DNA of 64,000 nucleotides from Minisyncoccota bacterium (GCA_032117235.1 JAULZW010000001.1:10762-74761); one strand, 5' to 3'. Shown: positions 38,838 to 49,269, counted from the stretch's first letter. Notes: generated from the sequence alone by a model not told the origin. Numbers and translations are program-made.

Positions 38838-40085
38838 TTATTTTATAGATATTCCCAAAACTGTTTGGGCTGCAATTTGAAAATGCAATCGATTAAACTT
38901 CTCAGCTTGAGGATCTCCTGATGGATGATATTCTCTAGCTAGAAATCCAACTTTCTCTGGACTAACTGACATCTTGCTATTTCTATAACCTGCAGACGCA
39001 CGAGCCATTTCACTTGCTTGAGTTTTGATCTGTATTTTGTGAATTCTTAAAATTTGTGACAAATCTATATCCTTTTCTTTTAAATCAGCATCAATATCAT
39101 CTAATTTTATATTACGATTCACTCTAATAATATCTCCCAAAATATGGTCTCTAGGGTTTATAAGAGAATTTTCAACCTGTTTCATCATATGATCTAATAA
39201 AGTTACTCTATACTCTTCTATCACTTTATATATTGCTAATTGAATCTCCTGATCAGTAATAGAATCTACTAATTCAGGATTGAGAGTAATTGCTATAGTG
39301 TCAGCTTTGTGCCGGGTATCCCCAATTGAAAATTTAGGTATGTCTATGGTAGCTAGCACTCCTGGAACTTGGGATAATTCTTCAGTGACTATTCTTTCTG
39401 ATTCCGCGCCTTTTAAATCATCTTGAGTAGTTGTTTCTTCCCCTTCAGTTAAAAACCTAGCATTCCCTTGAGTTATTTTACTGGACCTTTCTTTATATCT
39501 AGCAAATTCTGGGTTTTCGGTATCTGGGATTATTAAATCACTAAGATATTCTATTGACATCTCTCTTCCCTCAGCAAATCCAAAGCCATATTTTTTATCA
39601 ATTCCAGTTTCAGCTATTATCTCTAAAATCTTGGTATAGTAAATATCTATAATAGCCTTAATATCTGTTCTGGCAAGACTAGATTCTGATTCATCTAAAG
39701 AATTTAAAAGTGTCTGATATGTACGATATCTTTCTAATAAAAATTCCACAGAATCATCTTCTAATTCTAAACTAGTTTCTAGATGGTAGGAGTTTAATTC
39801 TTTACAGACATCATATAATTTTTTAGATGATTGAATCTCTTCTAATTTTTGTTTCAAGACATGGACTTGTCTTTGAAGTCTGGGATTAGAAGATTGCTTT
39901 TCAGAGGAGGTTATAAGTTGTTGTAATGCCTCAGATTCCTTTTCTTTTTGAAAGGATATATTATCTAAATCTTGTCTTAAATCTCCACCCCTTCCCTCAG
40001 CGGTTGAAGTATATATCTCATCTATAATTTCCGTCAATGAATATTCAGAAAATAGTTTTTCTTGTATGGGTCTTAGGGTTTCCAT
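38838..40085 (-). CDS. Hypothetical acidic, coiled-coil-rich protein (ORFan), inserted within the suf operon.
   Basis: 415-aa ORF. No recognisable motif. Confidence 0.5.
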   Translation of the reverse strand: METLRPIQEKLFSEYSLTEIIDEIYTSTAEGRGGDLRQDLDNISFQKEKESEALQQLITSSEKQSSNPRLQRQVHVLKQKLEEIQSSKKLYDVCKELNSYHLETSLELEDDSVEFLLERYRTYQTLLNSLDESESSLARTDIKAIIDIYYTKILEIIAETGIDKKYGFGFAEGREMSIEYLSDLIIPDTENPEFARYKERSSKITQGNARFLTEGEETTTQDDLKGAESERIVTEELSQVPGVLATIDIPKFSIGDTRHKADTIAITLNPELVDSITDQEIQLAIYKVIEEYRVTLLDHMMKQVENSLINPRDHILGDIIRVNRNIKLDDIDADLKEKDIDLSQILRIHKIQIKTQASEMARASAGYRNSKMSVSPEKVGFLAREYHPSGDPQAEKFNRLHFQIAAQTVLGISIK

Positions 40086-40139
40086 ATAATTTTATATTTA
40101 CTATACACTTATTATATCATATATTATATAATAGAACAT

Positions 40140-41342
40140 ATGAAGTTAATTGACAATATTAGACTTAAATTTGCTCCATTGAGTCAGGATATTATTTATC
40201 TTGATTCGGGGGCGTCCGCGCTTACGCCTAATGTGGTTTTGGATGCGATGAATGTGTATTACAGGGAATATCGCTCTAATATTCACAGAGGGTTATATGA
40301 TCTTTCCGAGAGGGCAACTACAGAATATGAGAATGCTCGCGATACAATAGCTCAATTTATTGGGGCGAATAGACCTGAGGAAGTGATTTTCACCCATGGT
40401 ACTACGGATGGTATCAATATGTTTGCAGAATTATTGCAAGATAGATTTGAGGCGGGCCAGAATATTATTATCCCAGTAACTGAACATCATAGTAATATGC
40501 TCCCTTGGCGAGAATTTGCTCGCAGGCAAGGATTAGAAATACGGTATATTGGATTAAGGGGAGGAGTGCTAGATGAGTCAGCTCTTCTTGCTGCTATTGA
40601 TGAGAATACAGCTGTGGTCGCAATAGGACATATATCCAATGTATTAGGGTCAATTCATAATGTGAAAGTAATTGCAGAAAAAGCACATCAAATGGGAGCT
40701 TTATGTATTGTAGATGGAGCTCAGGCTATGGCTCATATACCGATTTCTGTGTCGGAATTAGGAATAGATGCCTATGCTTTTTCTGGGCATAAATTATATG
40801 GACCAACCGGAGTCGGTGTTTTATGGGTGAATTATGAGCTTTTAGAAGGCTTGACACCTACTCGCACGGGTGGGGATATGGTGAATTATGTAAATTTAGA
40901 AAGTATAGAATATGCTCCTATTCCACAAAGATTTGAGGCAGGAACTCCTCCTATTGCGGAGGTAGTCGGTTTAGCTCAGGCTATATCTTGGCTTCAGGAG
41001 CTTGGCTGGGATTATATTCAATATCATGAACAAGATTTAGTACAATATATCTGGGAGCAAGTATCACTTAGGTCTTGGCTCAAGGTTTTAGGAGGAGGTC
41101 AAACCGAAAAAAGAATTGCTTGTTTTTCTTTTGTTATAGATAATATTCATACTCATGATATTGCTTATTTGCTCGCGAAAAAAAATATTTGTGTTCGTGC
41201 AGGACAGCATTGTGCCAGTGGGATTACTCAAGTCTTAGGTATTGCGGGAAGTACTAGAGCTACTTTTGGGATCTATAATACTAAAAGTGAAGTTGATATG
41301 CTAATGAGGTCTTTAGATCAAATTTATTTTAAATTTCAATAA
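40140..41342 (+). CDS. sufS: Cysteine desulfurase SufS (class V aminotransferase).
   Basis: 400 aa. PLP-lysine context ...FSGHKLYGPTGVGVL... and the catalytic Cys loop ...RAGQHCA.... Confidence 0.9.
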   Translation: MKLIDNIRLKFAPLSQDIIYLDSGASALTPNVVLDAMNVYYREYRSNIHRGLYDLSERATTEYENARDTIAQFIGANRPEEVIFTHGTTDGINMFAELLQDRFEAGQNIIIPVTEHHSNMLPWREFARRQGLEIRYIGLRGGVLDESALLAAIDENTAVVAIGHISNVLGSIHNVKVIAEKAHQMGALCIVDGAQAMAHIPISVSELGIDAYAFSGHKLYGPTGVGVLWVNYELLEGLTPTRTGGDMVNYVNLESIEYAPIPQRFEAGTPPIAEVVGLAQAISWLQELGWDYIQYHEQDLVQYIWEQVSLRSWLKVLGGGQTEKRIACFSFVIDNIHTHDIAYLLAKKNICVRAGQHCASGITQVLGIAGSTRATFGIYNTKSEVDMLMRSLDQIYFKFQ

Positions 41343-41344
41343 TT

Positions 41345-41704
41345 ATGGAGGACATTTATAGAGAATACATTTTGGACTTGTACCGAAACCCTTTGAATAA
41401 AGGTGTTTTGGATAAAACAACTCATAAATTGCATGGACATAATGCTAACTGTGGAGATGATATTTGGCTTTATCTAATACTAAAAGATGAAATAATTCAA
41501 GATATAACTTTTGATGGAGTAGGTTGTGCTTTATGTATTGCTGGGGCTTCTATTACAACTGATAAGTTGAAGGGAATAAGTATCCAAAAATTATCTCAAA
41601 TTTCAACTGAAGAACTATATAATTGGTTAGGTATAGAGATGGAGTTAACTCGCGTCAAATGTGTCACTTTGGCTTTACGAACAGCGCAGAAAGTGTTAAA
41701 ATAA
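41345..41704 (+). CDS. sufU: SufU/IscU-like Fe-S scaffold (NifU N-terminal domain).
   Basis: ...NPLNKG...GHNANCGDDIWLYL...DGVGCALCIAGASI.... Confidence 0.85.
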   Translation: MEDIYREYILDLYRNPLNKGVLDKTTHKLHGHNANCGDDIWLYLILKDEIIQDITFDGVGCALCIAGASITTDKLKGISIQKLSQISTEELYNWLGIEMELTRVKCVTLALRTAQKVLK

Positions 41705-41725
41705 TACAAATTTGTACTAATATAT

Positions 41726-42433
41726 ATGCTAAAATTACAAAACATTACAATTACCAAAGATGACAAAATCATAGTCTCTGATATTTCTCTTGAGGTTAAA
41801 AAGGGAGATATACATTATCTTATGGGTCCTAATGGCAGTGGTAAAAGCACTTTAGCTTTAGCTATCATGGGTTATCCAGAATATACCTTTGAAGGTAAAA
41901 TTACTTTTGAAGGACAAGATATTTCTAATCTTTCTCCTGACAAAAGAGCTAAATTAGGTTTGTTTTTATCTATGCAATATCCTCCTGCTATCAAGGGAGT
42001 GACTATTTTGAGTTTACTTAAAAATGCTTATCAAGCCATCAATGGCAAGGTGAATGTCTTAGAATTTAGAAAAAGAGTTCTGGTTGAGGCAGAAAAGTTA
42101 GGTCTGAAAGATATTATTTTATCTAGATATGTCAATGATGGTTTTTCTGGAGGTGAAAGAAAAAGATTAGAATTATTGCAATTGATTATCTTGAAGCCCA
42201 AATTATCCATATTAGACGAGCCAGATTCTGGTCTAGATATCGATGTTATTAAATTAATGTCAGCTGAATTACATAGATTATCTAAAGACGGGATGACATT
42301 TTTGATCATTACCCATTTGGGGCAATTGGTTGCTAAGCCAGACAAAGTGACGGTTATCAAAAATGGTGCTGTCACAGAAGAGGGTGGAGTAGATATATTG
42401 TCCAAATTGCAAAAAAAAGGTTTTAATGATTAA
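41726..42433 (+). CDS. sufC: Fe-S assembly ATPase SufC.
   Basis: Walker A GPNGSGKST, ABC signature FSGGERKR, and Walker B ILDEPDSGLD. Confidence 0.9.
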   Translation: MLKLQNITITKDDKIIVSDISLEVKKGDIHYLMGPNGSGKSTLALAIMGYPEYTFEGKITFEGQDISNLSPDKRAKLGLFLSMQYPPAIKGVTILSLLKNAYQAINGKVNVLEFRKRVLVEAEKLGLKDIILSRYVNDGFSGGERKRLELLQLIILKPKLSILDEPDSGLDIDVIKLMSAELHRLSKDGMTFLIITHLGQLVAKPDKVTVIKNGAVTEEGGVDILSKLQKKGFND

Positions 42434-42442
42434 ATAATTACA

Positions 42443-42730
42443 ATGATTATCAAAGATGAGGTTATAGCAGTGTGTCAAACTATTCAAGACCCAGAGGTTC
42501 ATTTAGACATTTATACTTTAGGCCTGATTTATAGTATAGAAATAACTTTGGAACAAGAAATCAATATACTAATGACTTATACCACCCCACTTTGTCCTTT
42601 TGGAGGAAAAATGCAAGAAGAATTAAAAACTGCGTTAACTATCTTGAATCCAAAAGCAGTTAATATTGAGCTTACTTTTAACCCTCCTTGGAAAGTTAGT
42701 AACGAATTAAGAGAGGCTCTAGGAATATAA
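42443..42730 (+). CDS. sufT: SufT / DUF59 (MIP18 family) Fe-S assembly protein.
   Basis: ...IQDPEVHLDIYTLGLIYSIEI...MTYTTPLCPFGG.... Confidence 0.75.
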   Translation: MIIKDEVIAVCQTIQDPEVHLDIYTLGLIYSIEITLEQEINILMTYTTPLCPFGGKMQEELKTALTILNPKAVNIELTFNPPWKVSNELREALGI

Positions 42731-42736
42731 ATTTGT

Positions 42737-42764
42737 TTGACAAAACCATACCTAGTGTTATAAT
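42737..42764 (+). promoter_or_regulatory. Consensus sigma-70 promoter, TTGACA-N16-TATAAT, upstream of the Cys-rich surface-protein gene.
   Basis: Exact hexamers with a 16-nt spacer. Confidence 0.6.
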
Positions 42765-42792
42765 ATTTTTATAATTTTAAACTAAAACTAAT

Positions 42793-44577
42793 ATGATAAA
42801 ACAGTTAAATAAAGACCCAAAACTGTTTATAATACTTGCATCGTGCGTTTCCATAGGTCTGATATCATTTGCAGTTAGTTTTAATATTGTATATGGACGG
42901 GGAGCAACATCGTCTGCAGGTCGATGTGGATCTGGATATACTTTTACACCTTCAACAGGATGGTGGCGCGGAGGGACTTGTACTTGTACAACTAAAACAT
43001 CGTGTAATAAGTGTGGGCAATGTAATACTTGTGGTAGGGCCTATGAAACGACTAGTAGATGGGGAGGAAGAACTTGCGTTAGTCCTACCTGTTCTGCTCC
43101 AGTTTTACAGCCACCTCAGCCTTTTGAATGTAATAATATGGATGTTTCATTTGTAGAAAGATTACCACAGTATAATATTGGCGGACTCCATGCTTCAATA
43201 ACAACTAATGGTAAATATACAGTCAAAGGTATGACAACTCATGGCTCACAGAGCTGTGATGATATCAAACAAGCTATAGCAAACTTTAATTATGATTCCT
43301 GTGCCTATCCAAGTAGTGTCAGTGAAGAGCGTCTAGAAAGAGTGAGTTGGAGCTTTAACAATATGAGAACAGTCAAGGATTGTGGCAACGTGAAATCTAA
43401 ACAACCCTGCCCTGCAGATACTGGTTTTACAACATTAGGTTCAACCTCAAGTCCATATAGTGCATTTACAGAACATAGGACATCATTGCAAAATTCCGCT
43501 CCTAATCAATATAGATGGGGTGACTTGCGTAGTTATGGAATATCCTCCGACAATGCCAAGCAAGGACCATATCCAGTTACTAAATTCTATAATACTAACA
43601 ATTATGCAACATTAAATTTAGCATTCAATTATGAGATGGCATACAGTGGTACTGATGGTCATGAGGCACCATGTTGGTCTACTGGCCCATCTTGGAAAGA
43701 ATGTCATTATGTTCAATATTATAAATATATTCCAAGAATAAAACAACCAAATATAAAAATAGATTCATACATTATAAGTCATAGAGATAGAACTCAAGCT
43801 ATATATAGAAATAGTCCAATTAGAAAATCTTGGGAAATTGAAAATGCTAATGCTGGCAGTTGCAATATAGAAACAAAAAATGATTCAGGAGCAGTAATTG
43901 ATTCGCTTTCTAGAAGCGGATTAAACATTGACTTTAAACAGAGTCCTCAAACTGTAGATTTTTTACCTATTAATGGCGCAACAGGACAATATCTTGAAAA
44001 TGTAGATAAAAATGCAAACTATACAATTGGATATGATCCAAATAGAATACAGCCAGGTGATTATACTAGTAATTTAACCTGTAATCTTAGTATAAACTGT
44101 TCATTAGGTAGTAGTGGTGATGATTGTAAAAGATCATATCCAGATAATCCTTATAATAATCCAATAACAGTTTCTGTTAATAAAGACTTTACAATATCTG
44201 AAGATAAAAAAGTTAGTCTAACAGCCTCAGCCAACCCATCAATAGTTAGCAGAAGATCTACAAGAACTAAGATAGAAGCTAGAGTAACAGGCGCAACATC
44301 TGGAGACAAACATAAGTATAAAATTACAAAAATTCCAAAAGGGTATCAGTTGCTTTCTAATGCAGAAATAGTTACAAATGCTAATGCTGGGGGAAATTCT
44401 ACAGTATCTTGGGATGTGGGATTATATATTGATCCTAAAACAAATTCATCTGAGGCAGAAATAGGTACTTCAGAATTTGTTATAGAAATGATTGATGAGC
44501 CATATGACAACCTTTATACTGCTACCGCAAAAGTAACTTATCTTGGAACTAGAGATGTAAGAGAAGTTGCTCCATAA
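42793..44577 (+). CDS. Cys-rich secreted or surface protein.
   Basis: 594 aa with an N-terminal signal/anchor and a Cys-dense stretch (GRCGSGYTF...GGTCTCTTKTSCNKCGQCNTCGRAY...CVSPTCSAP). No recognisable family. Confidence 0.55.
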   Translation: MIKQLNKDPKLFIILASCVSIGLISFAVSFNIVYGRGATSSAGRCGSGYTFTPSTGWWRGGTCTCTTKTSCNKCGQCNTCGRAYETTSRWGGRTCVSPTCSAPVLQPPQPFECNNMDVSFVERLPQYNIGGLHASITTNGKYTVKGMTTHGSQSCDDIKQAIANFNYDSCAYPSSVSEERLERVSWSFNNMRTVKDCGNVKSKQPCPADTGFTTLGSTSSPYSAFTEHRTSLQNSAPNQYRWGDLRSYGISSDNAKQGPYPVTKFYNTNNYATLNLAFNYEMAYSGTDGHEAPCWSTGPSWKECHYVQYYKYIPRIKQPNIKIDSYIISHRDRTQAIYRNSPIRKSWEIENANAGSCNIETKNDSGAVIDSLSRSGLNIDFKQSPQTVDFLPINGATGQYLENVDKNANYTIGYDPNRIQPGDYTSNLTCNLSINCSLGSSGDDCKRSYPDNPYNNPITVSVNKDFTISEDKKVSLTASANPSIVSRRSTRTKIEARVTGATSGDKHKYKITKIPKGYQLLSNAEIVTNANAGGNSTVSWDVGLYIDPKTNSSEAEIGTSEFVIEMIDEPYDNLYTATAKVTYLGTRDVREVAP

Positions 44578-44614
44578 TAACAAAAAGTTGTAAAAATAAG
44601 ATAGACTTAATTTT

Positions 44615-45370
44615 ATGGTAAAAAGTAAACATTTTTTACTATCGTTGATATTAATATTTCTTTGTACAATATGCATATATTTAACCACTATATCATATAG
44701 AATAATTCAAAAATTACAGTTTTATCCAGAATGTAAGAATTACAGTTATGAGGAAAGAAAGAATTTTTTAAGCAAAATAACATATATTCATGGGACTATC
44801 ACTTCTATAAAAGACGATAAGATAGAAGTATATGTAAACTATAATCCGAGAAATAGATGGAAATGTTCACAAATGGAATCGCCATATAAAGATTATTTGG
44901 GATTTACTAAAAAGACATATTCAGTTTATTTAAATCATAGTACTCCAATTTACTCAATGTATGAGCCTATTAGTGAAAGTGTTCCAAACGACCATACTCC
45001 CAGAAAAAACCCATCTCCTGAAGTAGGGATTCCATCAGAAGATGAATTTATGAGTGAGTCATATAAAAAAGAAGACTTAATAATAGGATATAGGGTCGCT
45101 GTTCTGGCATCAAAACCAGTTCTTAAGCAAGATTCATTTGATGCTGACTTATTATTAATTTATCCAGAAAGAGATATAACATATTCTGGTATATTATTTA
45201 TAATAATATTTATAATGATAGGATTAGGAGGTTATTATACAATAGAAATTATTACTAATATACTTTTTTATCTTACAAAAAATAAAAATATAAACCTATT
45301 TGCTACAATAATAAGACCAATGATTGTAGTAGGCTTTTTTGTATGGTATTTTTTATCACATTATATTTAA
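44615..45370 (+). CDS. Hypothetical membrane protein.
   Basis: 251 aa with an N-terminal transmembrane helix and C-terminal hydrophobic helices. Confidence 0.45.
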   Translation: MVKSKHFLLSLILIFLCTICIYLTTISYRIIQKLQFYPECKNYSYEERKNFLSKITYIHGTITSIKDDKIEVYVNYNPRNRWKCSQMESPYKDYLGFTKKTYSVYLNHSTPIYSMYEPISESVPNDHTPRKNPSPEVGIPSEDEFMSESYKKEDLIIGYRVAVLASKPVLKQDSFDADLLLIYPERDITYSGILFIIIFIMIGLGGYYTIEIITNILFYLTKNKNINLFATIIRPMIVVGFFVWYFLSHYI

Positions 45371-45373
45371 TTT

Positions 45374-45970
45374 ATGCCTCTACTTCAAAATTTCTTAGAA
45401 AATATATACAACTTTCTTCCCATTGATAGCAATCTTATGTCTGAGTATATTATAAAACAAATAATAATTTTTATAGTTATTAATGTATTTATATTATTAA
45501 TTCAAATATTAATAATGAAATCTAAAATAAAAGAAACATTATATATAACTATTCCAATTCTTTTAATTAATAAAATATTAATTTTACCCATTCTTAATGA
45601 TATAGTATTTATAACCCATGTATCATTAATGTATGTTATAGCATTTATGATTATATCCACTCTATTAGATATGGAAAGCTTTAAATTATATATGAATGAT
45701 TACAAAAAATTATGTAAATTTTATCAAATCATCTCTATAATTTTACAAATACTTATAATAATTATTCTTATAACTCAGCCAATACTAAATCTGCTGACTA
45801 TAATTGGAATAGCTTTATATTTAACACCTTTGATAATTGATATTTGTAATTTTAAATCAAATTTTAAAAATACTTTCAAACTAAATATTTATAAATACTC
45901 ATATCAATATCTAATGATAATTATATTGATTCTCGTATCAAAAATAATAGATCCAATACACTTTATATAA
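45374..45970 (+). CDS. Hypothetical, extremely Ile/Leu-rich polytopic membrane protein.
   Basis: 198-aa ORF that is almost entirely hydrophobic. Low-complexity AT-rich coding, so confidence is limited. Confidence 0.4.
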   Translation: MPLLQNFLENIYNFLPIDSNLMSEYIIKQIIIFIVINVFILLIQILIMKSKIKETLYITIPILLINKILILPILNDIVFITHVSLMYVIAFMIISTLLDMESFKLYMNDYKKLCKFYQIISIILQILIIIILITQPILNLLTIIGIALYLTPLIIDICNFKSNFKNTFKLNIYKYSYQYLMIIILILVSKIIDPIHFI

Positions 45971-46037
45971 AACAAAATAAAAGTGTTTTAATATAAAAAG
46001 TTCTTGATCTTAAATATGGACTAACAATTAATTTTAC

Positions 46038-46066
46038 TTGACAAATTTATTCATATTCTATATAAT
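46038..46066 (+). promoter_or_regulatory. Perfect consensus sigma-70 promoter, TTGACA-N17-TATAAT.
   Basis: Exact hexamers with a 17-nt spacer, about 30 bp upstream of ATG 46095. Confidence 0.6.
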
Positions 46067-46094
46067 ATTTGTATAATTTTAAACTAACATAAAT

Positions 46095-46868
46095 ATGAAC
46101 AAATTATTCAAGATCTCTTTAATATCAGGTATAGTAGTTTCTCTTGGAATAACTGCTTTTGGTAGGGCTGTTTTTGCCCAAGAATCTAATTCTGAAGCAG
46201 TTCAAAACACAAATTCCGAGACAAAAGATGATCCGCAAACAACTAGAGGTAAATCTAATCAGGATTTGAGAAGTAGTCCAGTAGGAAAAAAGCCACTGCC
46301 TTCTGACACACAAGAGATGTCTTCTAGATCTACTGAACAAAAGAGACAGGATATAGGACAAAGGGAGGTAAATGTAGTAGGAAAAAATGCAGATAGAGAG
46401 AAAAAAATAAAAGAAAAGTGTGACTCTGTTGGTGTTAAAATTGTAAACCATCAGGATTTATTTAAGTCAAAATCTCAAGATAGAATTGCGAAGTACAATC
46501 AAATTGTTTCTAGATTAGATTCCTTTTCATTAAAATTGTCAGAAAATGGAGTAGATGTCAGTACTTATAACTCCTATGTTTCTGAATTAAAGATTAAAAT
46601 CGATGCTTTTAAGCTTTTGAATCAAAACTACACTAACTTGTTTACCTTTAAAGCCAATACAGGAGAATTCTGTAATAATAAAGAGAGATTATCTACCGAA
46701 GTAGATGTCAGAAAAGAAAGATTACAGCTAATAATTGAGAAAGATAAGGAAATAAGAACCTATATTAAAGATACTATTGTGTCATATCTAAAAACTGTAA
46801 AGCCGGAGCGAGATAATGTATCTAATCCAAATAAACCTAACACCTCAAATTCAGAAATAAGACAATAA
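46095..46868 (+). CDS. Hypothetical secreted protein.
   Basis: 257 aa with a signal peptide (MNKLFKISLISGIVVSLGITAFGRAVFAQ) and a charged, low-complexity mature part. Confidence 0.5.
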   Translation: MNKLFKISLISGIVVSLGITAFGRAVFAQESNSEAVQNTNSETKDDPQTTRGKSNQDLRSSPVGKKPLPSDTQEMSSRSTEQKRQDIGQREVNVVGKNADREKKIKEKCDSVGVKIVNHQDLFKSKSQDRIAKYNQIVSRLDSFSLKLSENGVDVSTYNSYVSELKIKIDAFKLLNQNYTNLFTFKANTGEFCNNKERLSTEVDVRKERLQLIIEKDKEIRTYIKDTIVSYLKTVKPERDNVSNPNKPNTSNSEIRQ

Positions 46869-46885
46869 AAATTAAGCTCAACAAT

Positions 46886-47311
46886 ATGGAAAATCAAGAA
46901 TTAAATAGTAATGCTAAACTAACCTCTTTTTCTCAAGAAGAAGCAACTCCAGTTATTAAAGATTCAAATAATCAAACTCAAAGTAATAAAGACCCAATTA
47001 ATATTGGTGACAAGGATATTGTAAGTAGACCTTTATTGTGGGGCTTGGTTATCTTTCTTGTATTTTTCTCTCTTGTAGTAGGTGGGACTAGTGTTTATCG
47101 AATATATCAAGATAATATGATGGTGGAAGAAGAAGTTTCTACTACTCCTAGCGATGTTACTGAGACACTAATACCTAATACTGCGGTCAAAGATACGGCT
47201 CCTGTTTCATCTGACCCAGCTCAAGAAGCTATTGTAGTTGAATCCGAGATACAGTCTATAGACTCTAATTTAGAGGAGAATGTATATTCTGACGAAGCTT
47301 TAGGTTTATAA
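46886..47311 (+). CDS. Hypothetical single-pass membrane protein.
   Basis: 141 aa with a central hydrophobic helix (LLWGLVIFLVFFSLVVGG). Confidence 0.45.
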   Translation: MENQELNSNAKLTSFSQEEATPVIKDSNNQTQSNKDPINIGDKDIVSRPLLWGLVIFLVFFSLVVGGTSVYRIYQDNMMVEEEVSTTPSDVTETLIPNTAVKDTAPVSSDPAQEAIVVESEIQSIDSNLEENVYSDEALGL

Positions 47312-47392
47312 AGTAATACTTTTAATTTGACAATAAATTTTATCTAGAGTAGTCTATTGTTATAATAATAGAACATCTAAATTTGAATTATA

Positions 47393-48757
47393 ATGAAATA
47401 CTTTGTTATTACAGGAGCTACTGGAGACTTAGCTGTGACTAAGCTGTACCCAGCTTTATCTGAAATTTTTACTTATAATAAAGATATGCCAGATATACAA
47501 TTTTTGGGAGCAGGTAGAAAAGATTTATCACAGAAAGAATATCAGGAATTAATCACTAATAGCCTAAATAAAACTTTAGGCCAGTTAGATTTTATTCAAA
47601 ATTTAAATTATGTCCAGGTAGATTTCAATAATATTGAAACAATAAACAATTTTTTTACAGCATATAATATTCAAGATGGAGATGAAGTTATCTGGTATAT
47701 GGCTATACCACCTCAAGCTTTTAATTCAGTTATAGACACTTTGGCTTCTGTAAAGCAAAAATATTCAGATATAAAATATAAGCTTGTTTTCGAAAAACCC
47801 TTTGGATTTGATTTAAATTCAGCTCAGAGTTTGAATAAGAAACTATACGAACACTTTTTAGAATCAGAAATTTATAGGGTTGATCACTATCTAGGAAAAG
47901 AGACAATACAAAATATTTTAGCTCTTAGATTTGGAAATAGTATGTTTGAACCACTTTTAAATAACCATTATGTAGAGTCAATCAGTATCGATGTCTGGGA
48001 AGAGAGGGGCATAGATAAAAGAGCCGATTATTTTGACAAAACAGGTATTATAAAGGATATTTTACAAAATCATATTTTACAAACTTTAGCTTTGATAGCT
48101 ATGGAAGCCCCAGTTACTATGGAAGCAGAATATATTCGGGATGAAAAACATAAATTAATTAAATCTTTAAGACCAATTCAACATCAAGATGTATTGTTGG
48201 GACAATATATATCATCTGGAGAAAAGAAAGGTTATTTGCAGGAGGAAGGAGTAGCTACTAGCTCTAAAACTGAGACCTATGTACAACTGACTTCGTATAT
48301 AGATAATCTTAGATGGGAGGGAGTTCCAATTTATATATCCACAGGTAAAAGACTATCTGAAAATAAAGCCGAGATTAAATTGTCTTTTAAGTCACGATTT
48401 AAGTATTTTAGTCATATAGATGAAGGCTGTAATCCTCAAAAAAACGAATTAGTAATTTGCATACAACCTAATGAGGAGGTTTATTATAAAGTTAATGCTA
48501 AATTCCCAGGAAAAGGAATGTGTATACAGCCAGTAAAACTTAATTTCACTTATGAAGAATCATTCGGACAACGCAGTCAAGGGGCTTATACCCGGCTAAT
48601 TCAAGATATTTTAGTCTCAGATCAATCATTATTTATCCGAGCTGATGAAATTGAAGCTGCCTGGAATTATGTGGACTCTTTAATTCAATCGAATACTATG
48701 AAAGAGAGACAACTTGTATTCTATGAGGCAGGAAGTAATCCAAATGATATAAGATAA
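47393..48757 (+). CDS. zwf: Glucose-6-phosphate 1-dehydrogenase.
   Basis: N-terminal GATGDLA NADP motif and the active-site motif EKPFGFD...RVDHYLGKE. Confidence 0.9.
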   Translation: MKYFVITGATGDLAVTKLYPALSEIFTYNKDMPDIQFLGAGRKDLSQKEYQELITNSLNKTLGQLDFIQNLNYVQVDFNNIETINNFFTAYNIQDGDEVIWYMAIPPQAFNSVIDTLASVKQKYSDIKYKLVFEKPFGFDLNSAQSLNKKLYEHFLESEIYRVDHYLGKETIQNILALRFGNSMFEPLLNNHYVESISIDVWEERGIDKRADYFDKTGIIKDILQNHILQTLALIAMEAPVTMEAEYIRDEKHKLIKSLRPIQHQDVLLGQYISSGEKKGYLQEEGVATSSKTETYVQLTSYIDNLRWEGVPIYISTGKRLSENKAEIKLSFKSRFKYFSHIDEGCNPQKNELVICIQPNEEVYYKVNAKFPGKGMCIQPVKLNFTYEESFGQRSQGAYTRLIQDILVSDQSLFIRADEIEAAWNYVDSLIQSNTMKERQLVFYEAGSNPNDIR

Positions 48758-48759
48758 TA

Positions 48760-49266
48760 TTACACTTTTAACAAATACCCCAGACTCGATTGGCAGCACA
48801 GTGCGACAGCCAGGCCATCAGCAGCATCATCTGGTTTGGGGATAGATTTTAACCCTAGAATTGTCGCTACCATTTGTTGCATTTGGGCTTTAGGGGCTTT
48901 GCCATAACCTGTTATCGCTTGTTTGATTTGTAGGGGGGTAAATTCGAATAATTGAAGATTATGTAATTCGGCATTAAGAAGTACAACTCCTCGAGACTGT
49001 GCTACGGTGATAATAGTAGTTGTATTGCGAAAAAAGAATAATTTTTCAACCGCAATAATATTAGGTTTATGAGTGGCAATAATCTCTTTGAGGCTCTCAT
49101 CTATAATAGCAAGTCTCTTAGAGTCTGAGAGATGAGATTCTGTGGTAATAACTCCATAATCCACTACATTGGATACGCGAGATAGGGAAGTGTCAATAAT
49201 ACCAAATCCTGTGGTGGCTGTCCCTGGGTCAATGCCGAGAATACGATAGGGGGAATTACTGTCCAT
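48760..49266 (-). CDS. ruvC: Holliday junction resolvase RuvC.
   Basis: ILGIDPGTATTGFGII... with the catalytic Asp/Glu pattern. Confidence 0.9.
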   Translation of the reverse strand: MDSNSPYRILGIDPGTATTGFGIIDTSLSRVSNVVDYGVITTESHLSDSKRLAIIDESLKEIIATHKPNIIAVEKLFFFRNTTTIITVAQSRGVVLLNAELHNLQLFEFTPLQIKQAITGYGKAPKAQMQQMVATILGLKSIPKPDDAADGLAVALCCQSSLGYLLKV

Positions 49267-49269
49267 ACT

